A DNA stretch of 32,000 bases, taken from Candidatus Thorarchaeota archaeon (GTDB lineage: Archaea > Asgardarchaeota > Thorarchaeia > Thorarchaeales > Thorarchaeaceae). The notes under the pieces were generated by a model. The model saw only the letters and a program-made list of their open reading frames with translations, was not told the origin of the DNA and did not search any database. Below are positions 17,780 through 25,668 of this stretch, piece after piece (the first letter of the stretch is position 1; each line of letters starts with the position of its first letter). The stretch is taken from contig SHMX01000005.1 in assembly GCA_008080745.1 (NCBI GenBank), forward strand, positions 30,001 through 62,000, given 5' to 3'. Both the position numbers and the translations under genes were made by a program.

Positions 17780-18631
17780 TCAATACGTATCTTCCTGTAT
17801 GATAGGTAATTGTATCTCTGTTAGAAGCTGTTCGGGTGGCACCTCTTGAGGGCTATTCAAATAGAGTTCTGTCAACGGTCCTGAAATCTCATAATTGTTT
17901 TCTATAACAAACTCATGTACTCTCACATATCCTTGCCCTATCTCGGGATACGGGCCACGATAAGTCGTTGATGCTACTTTTGATTTAGGAATTGTTCGAA
18001 CTTGAAGATCTTTTGCTTCAAGCGTTACTCTTCCCGTTATTGGTACCGCTACTTCAAAATCTGCATTCTCAGGAGTAAATTCTTCTCCATGATGAAGGAA
18101 CATTATTGGTCCGGTGATACTCACCATATTTCTCTGATTCTCTGGTCGATAGATTTCTTGCATTATCTTCCCTATCATAGGACCAATCTGTTGGATTGGA
18201 GCAATCTGTCTGAGTGAAATCACTCGGATATCCGGAACTTCTTTGATACTGGGCTGAGTGGTTCGAAGGTAAAAGAGCTTGAGCGATTCTTCTTTATTCC
18301 GGAGTATCTTTCTCACCTGTGTTAGACGTTCAATTTCTTTCTCTGTTTCTTCTAACCTTTCATTGAATAGGTTATCAAGGACGGTTTTGTTTTCGCTCTC
18401 GGACGCTTCCAATAGATCTCCTATTTCTTCCAAACTAAATCCTAACCAGGTTAGTAATTTTATCTTTATACCTGTTTCAAGCTGAGGCATTGTGTAATAT
18501 CGGTATCCTGTAAGAGTGTCTTTCTCCTCCGGTACTAGAAGCCCCTTTTTGTCATAGAGTCTAAGGGCTTTTGGAGTAAGCTGAGTGATGATTGAGAATC
18601 TTCCTATGGGAATTCGAGAGAGTTCGGACAT
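17780..18631 (-). CDS. MerR-family regulator with C-terminal GyrI-like domain (BmrR/BltR type)
   Basis: IGRFS..TPKALRLYDKKGLLVP..TGYRYY HTH, coiled coil, GyrI-like GPY..E.Y..P..TEIQLP. Confidence 0.93.
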   Translation of the reverse strand: MSELSRIPIGRFSIITQLTPKALRLYDKKGLLVPEEKDTLTGYRYYTMPQLETGIKIKLLTWLGFSLEEIGDLLEASESENKTVLDNLFNERLEETEKEIERLTQVRKILRNKEESLKLFYLRTTQPSIKEVPDIRVISLRQIAPIQQIGPMIGKIMQEIYRPENQRNMVSITGPIMFLHHGEEFTPENADFEVAVPITGRVTLEAKDLQVRTIPKSKVASTTYRGPYPEIGQGYVRVHEFVIENNYEISGPLTELYLNSPQEVPPEQLLTEIQLPIIQEDTY

Positions 18632-18655
18632 GTTTCTTTTTCCTCCTTTAGGTCT

Positions 18656-18685
18656 AAAAAATGATGGGGGAGTACTATGACTCCC
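18656..18685 (-). terminator. Stem-loop plus U6 between the gyrI-like gene and merR
   Basis: GGGAGT (18668-18673) and ACTCCC (18680-18685) with a 6-nt loop, then T6 on the minus strand (18661-18656). It starts 8 nt after the stop. Confidence 0.5.
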
Positions 18686-18693
18686 ATGAGTAA

Positions 18694-19191
18694 TTATTCG
18701 ACTGGCAGTTGAAGCTCTGTCTGCAGGTTTTCTGGAGAAACTTCCTGTGGATTATTATGATACAGTTCTCGTAATGGCCCTGATATCCTAAGCCCCTTTT
18801 GCTTGGCAAATGCAAAGACCTGTCCGTAGATATCTTTGCTCAGATCCGAGTAAGGCCCAAAACACATCATCGATACAACTTTCCCACCTGCTATAATATG
18901 ATATTCGAGATTTCCATTGATAGTTGGTTCTTTATTTACAGGAACTGCTATCTCGAAGCACATATTCTCAGGATTGAATTCGGTATTGAGGTCGATATAC
19001 ATTGGTGGCCCAACAGGATGAATACCATTTCCTGCATTCTCTCGCTTGCCAATTTCTCCAAAGATCTCACCCATTGCTGGACCTACCAATTTAGAGAGGT
19101 TGTTTGTACTGACACCTTGAAACTTCTTTCCAACGACCTGAATATCTGGTATCTGTTTAATTTCTGGTTCTTCTGTTCTCATTTTTATCAT
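18694..19191 (-). CDS. Stand-alone GyrI-like small-molecule-binding protein
   Basis: FEIAVPV, GPYSDL and GPLRELYHNNPQEVSPENLQTELQLPV. Clearly paralogous to the C-terminal domain of the neighbouring MerR protein. Confidence 0.9.
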   Translation of the reverse strand: MIKMRTEEPEIKQIPDIQVVGKKFQGVSTNNLSKLVGPAMGEIFGEIGKRENAGNGIHPVGPPMYIDLNTEFNPENMCFEIAVPVNKEPTINGNLEYHIIAGGKVVSMMCFGPYSDLSKDIYGQVFAFAKQKGLRISGPLRELYHNNPQEVSPENLQTELQLPVE

Positions 19192-19240
19192 TCCATTGCT
19201 TTCAGTAGCTACAATTTGCTACAATACCAGACAGAACTCA

Positions 19241-19278
19241 GAATAATATAATACACAGGAGTCTCACCTAGGTGAAAC
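19241..19278 (-). promoter_or_regulatory. Putative operator palindrome plus TATA-like box upstream of the gyrI-merR genes
   Basis: GTCTCACCTAGGTGAAAC (19261-19278) is a 16/18 palindrome with a perfect 12-bp core. The minus strand reads TATTATATTATTC at 19253-19241. Confidence 0.45.
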
Positions 19279-19284
19279 TTCAGA

Positions 19285-20097
19285 CTAGTCATCAATAATT
19301 CTCTCATGCCCAACAGGGCAGGTCCCATAAGTACAATCATAGAAACCTTGGTCGTAGACAACTCTTGTTACATAGTGATCCTTACAATAGATCTTGTCAC
19401 ATTTCGGGCAATACGCATCAATGCCATCTTCAATGAATGTATTGTTCCTCAAATGCTTGTGAACCTGTCGGATTTTCCCCTCATCAAGCAGACCAAATAT
19501 GAGTTCATTGAGCTGATAATCAAGTGTCGTACTCTTGGTTATGCCTTTGTAGTTTATTTTTCCACCACCATCCTCGGATATGGGACCCAACGTAAATGAT
19601 ACTGCTATCTCACCACATAGTGAACAAGGGAGATGATATTCCATTGGGCCTGCCTTGATGACATGTTTCTTTGGTGGTGTACCCCTCCTCTCAGGCATAT
19701 ATGATTGGATTGCCTCTCTTAGAGAATCAGCTACCTGTCTGAAAGCTTCTCTGAGTCTGTGTTCTAGATGTTCCGACTTCTCATCTTGGACTGTTTTAAC
19801 TTCACTTAGAACCTGCTGAAACTTCTCTTCAGCAGCCTCTAGAAACTGCATGGCATTTTGAGCACGAGTAACTCTCTCTTTTCCCTCTAGTGATGGGCAG
19901 GATTTTAGCAATTGCCAAGAGGATACTGCACTGAAATAGAGGTCTCGAAGGTCCACTTTCCACATGCTATCAAAAGAAGATGCTTCAGGGTTGGCATCGA
20001 ATAAATCCAAAACGTCCTCTTTTACAGATTCTAAATCGTCTAGGAATTTTTTGATTTCCCATATTTGAGGTTCATCGCCTGTGCTACGATTGTTCAT
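19285..20097 (-). CDS. Hypothetical protein: N-terminal helical bundle plus C-terminal Cys/His-rich Zn-binding domain
   Basis: CSLC, CPKC..YCKDH and GTCPVGH motifs in the C-terminal half. Confidence 0.8.
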   Translation of the reverse strand: MNNRSTGDEPQIWEIKKFLDDLESVKEDVLDLFDANPEASSFDSMWKVDLRDLYFSAVSSWQLLKSCPSLEGKERVTRAQNAMQFLEAAEEKFQQVLSEVKTVQDEKSEHLEHRLREAFRQVADSLREAIQSYMPERRGTPPKKHVIKAGPMEYHLPCSLCGEIAVSFTLGPISEDGGGKINYKGITKSTTLDYQLNELIFGLLDEGKIRQVHKHLRNNTFIEDGIDAYCPKCDKIYCKDHYVTRVVYDQGFYDCTYGTCPVGHERIIDD

Positions 20098-20170
20098 ATC
20101 ATTTAAACCAGGGACATACTCGACTTAAAACCTCTGGAATTACCAGAATTCGCTTCAATAATGATAATAA

Positions 20171-20208
20171 GAAAGAGAATGAGAAGGTATAATTTCATAC
20201 CCTCTCAT
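20171..20208 (-). terminator. Terminator-like 12-bp hairpin after the oxidoreductase operon
   Basis: Minus strand ATGAGAGGGTAT-GAAATT-ATACCTTCTCAT (one G-U pair), followed by TCTCTTTC. It starts 6 nt after the stop at 20215. Confidence 0.65.
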
Positions 20209-20214
20209 CCCAGA

Positions 20215-21981
20215 CTAATATGGGGCTAATCTTGTAGCACCAAAAGCGTCTCGTATCTTTTTGGTCAGACCCCAAAGTTTTGGCATAGTTTCTCGTTCCA
20301 ATACCTCCCGTTCCAGTTTTGGATGATTGAAGAAATAGAAACCTTGGTTCAGCGCTCGAATAGTGAATTCTCTTAGAGCTTTTGAGCTGAGGTCTTTTTC
20401 CCGTTGACTGGTAGGGTCTATTTGCACCACAAATTCCACACATGCAAAGTGGGGACCTGCACCGGGAAGTATCATCAGACCCCAGAGATGCTCTTTCACT
20501 GCCTCTGGATAGAACTCTTCAAGGGTTGTAGCGAAGAGGTCAATGCATTCCTGTACTCTACTTGGTGCTACTCTTCCTGATTTGAATAGGAGACCTCCCT
20601 TCTTCCTCATGAGGCGGGCTGTTATCTCATTATATTCGAGCATCTTTCCACCTCTAATCAACCAATCGTAGCGATAGTCTTCCATTCCTGAGTTTTTCAT
20701 CAGGATGTATACGGATTCAGGATCTGCATCGGGACTATATGGCCAGAAGAAATGCTTCTGATAATCCGTTGCATCTCTTATCTTCTCAGTATTGAGTTCT
20801 TTATTTTCAAGAACGTCTTGAAACCTCTTTTCGTCTAGCTTGACTTTTCTCTCAGTACCCATGAGAAATAGGAGGTTCACATACTTGATTCCCTGCAGGG
20901 CTAGAAAGCCCTTGAAGACTTCTTGATAGGATTCTCTATCCTTGTATTTTCGACCCTTTGTCATGACTTTGATGCCTGTCATCAGGGCTTTGAGTTTGCT
21001 CTTGATGGTGGCCTCAACTCTCTCAACATCTTTGTTGGAATGTTGGGCTGCAAGAGCATTGTCTTCAGGAACACCAATCAATCCTCCAAAACCTATCTCT
21101 CTCTCAGCTGCCTCTGTAACGACTCTGACCGAGTTTTCTATGCTTCCAAACCCATGGCAGAGAATCTTGATAACCTCGGGTCTTCTGTATACTTTCACGC
21201 ACATCTTGGTGACAATACCATTTCCACCAACGCTTTGATGTGGAAATCCTGTCAAGTCTGGACCCCATGCCTGAACACTCACTCTTCCCCCATCGAGTTC
21301 TGGTTCATTCCTGACACCAGGCTCCCGCGATTTGGTTTTCAAATCGGGTTCATTTACTAAGGAACCCGTTCTTACAATTTCCCCATTGGGTAGTACCATC
21401 TCCAAACCAACTGTTTCCATAGCACCATACCCAAATCTGCCAGAGAAAAATTTGAAGCCAGCATAGAGGTTATTTCCCACAACACTTGCAGAACCAGGGG
21501 CCCCGGGCACATTGATTCTCAAATTGTATGGCTCAAGAATTGCTTGGGCCCTTGCATAACTTACGAAGGGTTCAACGGTGAGAGTGAGACCATCTCTATC
21601 AACCTCTAGGACACGATTCATCCGCTTGAGATCAATCATAATCCCTCTGAATAGTGCAATAGCCATTGCTGCAGTGTTCACATTGGTTGACATGACATGA
21701 ACAGGTACATTATGTTCGGAAGCAACTTTACACACATGTACAATGTCTTCAGCTGAGCCTGGTAGTACCACAATATCGGGTATTCGATACTCATTAACAT
21801 CATGACTACCACTGCCTGATGAGTCCTTACTATATGCCACACGAATTGCCCAATCTCTCGAAACATATCGGGGTTCAATTACAGAAGACAGTTTGCTTAC
21901 AATCTTTGCAGCTAATTCCTCTTCCATCTCTTCATGCTTAGCAAGTAGTTTCTTTGACTCCTCGAAAACGTGTTGTTCCAT
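20215..21981 (-). CDS. FAD-binding oxidoreductase (PCMH/GlcD/D-lactate dehydrogenase-like superfamily)
   Basis: PDIVVLPGSAEDI, IDLKRMNRVLEVD, VEP, GLEMVLPNGEIVRTGS, GIVTKM. Confidence 0.9.
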   Translation of the reverse strand: MEQHVFEESKKLLAKHEEMEEELAAKIVSKLSSVIEPRYVSRDWAIRVAYSKDSSGSGSHDVNEYRIPDIVVLPGSAEDIVHVCKVASEHNVPVHVMSTNVNTAAMAIALFRGIMIDLKRMNRVLEVDRDGLTLTVEPFVSYARAQAILEPYNLRINVPGAPGSASVVGNNLYAGFKFFSGRFGYGAMETVGLEMVLPNGEIVRTGSLVNEPDLKTKSREPGVRNEPELDGGRVSVQAWGPDLTGFPHQSVGGNGIVTKMCVKVYRRPEVIKILCHGFGSIENSVRVVTEAAEREIGFGGLIGVPEDNALAAQHSNKDVERVEATIKSKLKALMTGIKVMTKGRKYKDRESYQEVFKGFLALQGIKYVNLLFLMGTERKVKLDEKRFQDVLENKELNTEKIRDATDYQKHFFWPYSPDADPESVYILMKNSGMEDYRYDWLIRGGKMLEYNEITARLMRKKGGLLFKSGRVAPSRVQECIDLFATTLEEFYPEAVKEHLWGLMILPGAGPHFACVEFVVQIDPTSQREKDLSSKALREFTIRALNQGFYFFNHPKLEREVLERETMPKLWGLTKKIRDAFGATRLAPY

Positions 21982-21983
21982 CT

Positions 21984-23216
21984 TTATTTACCTCCTATCG
22001 CTCTTCTAACCAGTTCCGTCAACTCAATCACTTCCAGCGGCTTATCTCCTGATTCAGACGCTTCCTTTTTGGCCCCGTCCTCTAGACCACGAACACAAAA
22101 TGGGCATGCAGTTACAAATGTATCCGCTCCCTTGTTTCTTGCCTCACTAACTCTAAGTTTTGCAATGTATTCTGCATATTCAGGAAGCCCTGCTTTTACG
22201 CCTCCTCCAGACCCGCAGCATAGGGTGGCATCCATCTCCCGATCGAGAGTTATTCTTTTTGCTCCAGGTATACTATCTATCACCTTTCTCGGTTCATCAT
22301 ATACGGCATTTGGAAACATGTGCCTTCCGAGATGACATGGATCATGGTAAGCAATCTTCATGTCCATTGGTTCATTCAGCTCAAGCTCGCCAGAATCCAT
22401 CTTTTCTGCCATGAACTGGGTGACATGTATGGTTTCAAAAGGTAGGTCTTCTCCAAGAATTCTTGGCCAATCTTTCACTACAGTCCTGTAACAGCCTGCG
22501 CATGAGAATATGACTGTCTTTGCTCCTGATTCCTGAATAACCTTGACATTCTCTCTAACAAGACGTTCAACATCTTCCAGTTGCCCTGTACGAATTAATG
22601 GGGACCCGCAACAAATCTCCTTGGAGCTGACAGAGTAATCCGTGTCTGTAGTCTCTAAGACTGTAGTGGTTGCTTTAGCAATATCCTGATATCGATATCC
22701 CGTTGTACATCCTACAAAATAAAAGACGTCTGATTCTAGCTTGTCTCGTCTGGACTGGTCCTCTATCCACATATTTCTCTCACTTGACTCTCCATAGGGA
22801 TTGTCAACTTTCTTTACACTCTCTGCAAATTTCTTCTGACTAGGTAGTGGACCAACTCCCTGCTCAACTAACAATGCACGAATACCCTCCGTGACATGTA
22901 CTGGAAGGACATTCGTATCATTGACATATCGACAGGTAGCCTCACATGCACCACATGTTGTACAAGAGAATATAATTTCTTCAATAGCCTTGGACTCCTT
23001 CAGAGGATATTCCCCTCTTAGGATCGCACGAGCCAATTCATTTCTTCCTGGTGAATAATATGCATCAAACCCAAAATACAGTCCTGCTGGGCAGGTATCT
23101 GAGAATCTCTCTGATTCGGTCAGAGAAGGAAGGGTATGATAACACAGACCACAATGCACACAACTTAGTGCGGCGTCCAGAAGACCTTCTCTTGATTGCT
23201 TTTCTTCTAATGTCAT
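21984..23216 (-). CDS. Fe-S oxidoreductase with two CCG domains (HdrD/GlpC/GlcF-like)
   Basis: CVHCGLC..CP and CTTCGACEATC ferredoxin motifs; CCG/CAGC and CCG/CPFC domains. Start refined to the ATG at 23216 (GGAGGTG SD, 1 nt after the upstream stop). Confidence 0.93.
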   Translation of the reverse strand: MTLEEKQSREGLLDAALSCVHCGLCYHTLPSLTESERFSDTCPAGLYFGFDAYYSPGRNELARAILRGEYPLKESKAIEEIIFSCTTCGACEATCRYVNDTNVLPVHVTEGIRALLVEQGVGPLPSQKKFAESVKKVDNPYGESSERNMWIEDQSRRDKLESDVFYFVGCTTGYRYQDIAKATTTVLETTDTDYSVSSKEICCGSPLIRTGQLEDVERLVRENVKVIQESGAKTVIFSCAGCYRTVVKDWPRILGEDLPFETIHVTQFMAEKMDSGELELNEPMDMKIAYHDPCHLGRHMFPNAVYDEPRKVIDSIPGAKRITLDREMDATLCCGSGGGVKAGLPEYAEYIAKLRVSEARNKGADTFVTACPFCVRGLEDGAKKEASESGDKPLEVIELTELVRRAIGGK

Positions 23217-23217
23217 G

Positions 23218-24705
23218 TTATGCACCTCCCATATTCGACACAATCCCGCCCTCTCCATTGAACAACATAGAGGGATGCATGATATTTTGTGGATCCATGA
23301 CGCCCTTCAGACGTCGTAATGAATGGTAGTATTGTTGAAGTTCGGCTCTTTTATAGACCAATTCCGATACTATTGAGTTTCGAGGGACATTGATTACACC
23401 ACCACTATCCAAGATGACTTCGTACATACCTTTGTAGAGCTCTGACAAGTTCACGTCTCCCATCATTGGTAGATTAGCAGGACTAGCATTAGGTTCTCCA
23501 TAGAATAGGTCGTATTCACAGAAGTAGGTTCTCCCTAATTCTATAGAGTTCATAATGAATCCTATTGATTCGTCCTCATCTACTCCAATACCTCGAAGGT
23601 ATTCTGTCATTGCATCTCTAATTCTTGAGAGCATGCCCGCTGTTGTGTAAAATTCGACCCGAATATGTGGATCGTATTCGAAGTGGTGGATTGCACTCTC
23701 TGGTTTCCTGTATTCCTTCTCAAGTGTCTCATTTATTCCACCTGTGGGTGGTTCCTCTGACAATTCGAGTTTCAATCCGTTTGCAGCTTCCTCTAAATCT
23801 TTTTTCTCAACATCAATAAGTTCTCGACTTCCTCCTAATGCAAAGATTGCAGTCCATTTCGGTAATTGACTTTTTAGAGTTCTATACGAATTTTTGGAGC
23901 TGCCTATGAGCCCGGCAAACATTCTATTATCAACGAGCATAACTGATTGAGCCGCTTCTGTGGAAAGCGTTAGTTTACGGGTACTAGATACAAGCTCATC
24001 CAAAGATTCACTCTGAGAATAGAGGAATTCGTATTCATCCAGTTTGTATTTTATCTTGCAGCTTGCCTGAGTCAAGATTCCGAATGCACCCATCCCTCCC
24101 AAAATCAACCTTCCAACATCCATTCTTGGTGAGAATGGACAGTCACCTTGTGGCGTTCCAGTCTCCAAGCCGTCAGATCCAGTAGAAACCACTGAGCCAT
24201 CATATGTTGCAAACATGTAGGTTAGAATCATCCAATCTTGTTCGTAACCATGTCGATTGGCCTCAAGCAATGGATACCTTCCATAATAGGTACTAAGTAC
24301 TGAGGTTTCCCCCGACATTCGAATGGGTGTTATTACTCGAAAGCCATCTTTCTCAAGTGTTTCATTTAATTGGTTGAAAGACAATCCTGGCTCAATATCA
24401 ACACTCATTCCATCAAAAGATGCATTGATTGAAGTAATCTCTTGTAGTTTACTCATATCAATGATAATACTATCTTTTGAAGATAGCGTACTTCCATGAA
24501 AATCATACTTTGAACTTGCAGGAACAAGGGACACCTTGTGTTTGGTTGCAATTTTCATTATCTCTGATATTTCTTTTTTATCCGTTGGCTGAATCACAGC
24601 TTGAACTGTACTTTCAGCTATGGGGAAAAAAGGATTTATTCTATACTTATTCAAGATCTGATCATCTATCAACAAATCTTTCAGATCTTCTCTCCAGCTA
24701 CTCAT
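23218..24705 (-). CDS. Second FAD-binding oxidoreductase (PCMH-type, divergent)
   Basis: AVIQPTDKKEI, IIIDMSKL, IEPG, GAFGILT, and the C-terminal MDPQNIMHP motif. Confidence 0.88.
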   Translation of the reverse strand: MSSWREDLKDLLIDDQILNKYRINPFFPIAESTVQAVIQPTDKKEISEIMKIATKHKVSLVPASSKYDFHGSTLSSKDSIIIDMSKLQEITSINASFDGMSVDIEPGLSFNQLNETLEKDGFRVITPIRMSGETSVLSTYYGRYPLLEANRHGYEQDWMILTYMFATYDGSVVSTGSDGLETGTPQGDCPFSPRMDVGRLILGGMGAFGILTQASCKIKYKLDEYEFLYSQSESLDELVSSTRKLTLSTEAAQSVMLVDNRMFAGLIGSSKNSYRTLKSQLPKWTAIFALGGSRELIDVEKKDLEEAANGLKLELSEEPPTGGINETLEKEYRKPESAIHHFEYDPHIRVEFYTTAGMLSRIRDAMTEYLRGIGVDEDESIGFIMNSIELGRTYFCEYDLFYGEPNASPANLPMMGDVNLSELYKGMYEVILDSGGVINVPRNSIVSELVYKRAELQQYYHSLRRLKGVMDPQNIMHPSMLFNGEGGIVSNMGGA

Positions 24706-24875
24706 TTCCTAAACCTCTCAATGACTAATCTTCAATCTCTCCCAATGATATTGAGTCAAAGTCGTGGACTGTTTTCGGGATGCTCAATCTGATTCCTTAT
24801 GAAATTTACTCAAAAAACTAGAATTAATCAAATGGTTACATAATGTAGAAAATAGTTGACGTTTTAGACTGAAAC

Positions 24876-25091
24876 TTAACTTGTGTCATCAGGTCTGTAG
24901 GTCCCCATGTAGAACTCTTCTAGCTTTCCTTCATCCGAAGCCATTTCTGCAAGCCGAGTTCTCTCCCTCACTTGCTCTTGATTTAGACACCTATGACATT
25001 CGCCACAGTACATCTCCCTGATATGCCATTTGTTGTAGCGTTTGCGCTTTTTGGTACTTCCACAATACGGGCATGGCTCGAAATTTGTCAT
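24876..25091 (-). CDS. Small Zn-ribbon protein
   Basis: 71 aa with CPYC-x17-CGEC. Confidence 0.75.
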   Translation of the reverse strand: MTNFEPCPYCGSTKKRKRYNKWHIREMYCGECHRCLNQEQVRERTRLAEMASDEGKLEEFYMGTYRPDDTS

Positions 25092-25141
25092 ATCTTCTCA
25101 TGCGTATAGAAACTGATAAGTATCTTGTAAACAATCTATAG

Positions 25142-25354
25142 TTGGTAATTTTACGTATTTTTGGAGAAGATGAGTTGCCACTAGACGATTACAAAGATGT
25201 GGAATGGTTTTGGAGTGAATCAGACGAACCGAAAAATACTGTCAAAATTCGTTTTCTGGATTGTGGAGTGATAACATTGTCTATGAAAGCACAACCAGAG
25301 AATCCTGAAATTGCAAAAACATTTGTTCGCTTATACAAGCTACTAGAAATGTAG
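25142..25354 (+). CDS. Small hypothetical protein
   Basis: 70-aa ORF with TTG start, divergent from the Zn-ribbon gene, protein-like composition. No family recognised. Confidence 0.5.
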   Translation: MVILRIFGEDELPLDDYKDVEWFWSESDEPKNTVKIRFLDCGVITLSMKAQPENPEIAKTFVRLYKLLEM

Positions 25355-25522
25355 ACTATTTGGTAAAACCACATTTGTTTGACATGGTTTTCCACACGGC
25401 AGCAAAAAGTAGAATTCTTTCGTACAGTTTCAACTGAATACGATTGCGGGCGGTGTGAGTGGTACACTATATAGGGGATGATATTCACGATATGTGACTA
25501 CAATTCGACTTAGAACATCACA

Positions 25523-25574
25523 CTTATATGGTTTGTAACACAAACTGAAATCATATAAGGTTTGTACTACAAAC
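25523..25574. promoter_or_regulatory. Tandem palindromic operator-like sites GTTTGT-N3-ACAAAC
   Basis: GTTTGTAACACAAAC (25531-25545) and GTTTGTACTACAAAC (25560-25574), each with perfect 6-bp arms, ~95 nt upstream of the DUF362 gene. Confidence 0.7.
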
Positions 25575-25668
25575 TATTATTTGGAAACGAATGGAATGAA
25601 TAATGGATTAGTAAGATTGCTGCTAACCCTCGTCCCTTTCGTTTTAGCCGTTGGATGGAGTTCTAAAC

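Noticed and set aside
23217-23258. Longer start for the CCG protein
   Set aside because: Would overlap the upstream gene by 41 nt. The ATG at 23216 has a GGAGGTG SD.
215-25454. Identical 13-mer GATTGCGGGCGGT at 215-227 and 25442-25454, both intergenic
   Set aside because: The match does not extend, and a few 13-mer matches are expected by chance in 32 kb.
25531-25574. Mini CRISPR array or MITE ends
   Set aside because: Only two 15-bp units with a 14-nt spacer, no cas or transposase genes and no target-site duplication. An operator fits better.
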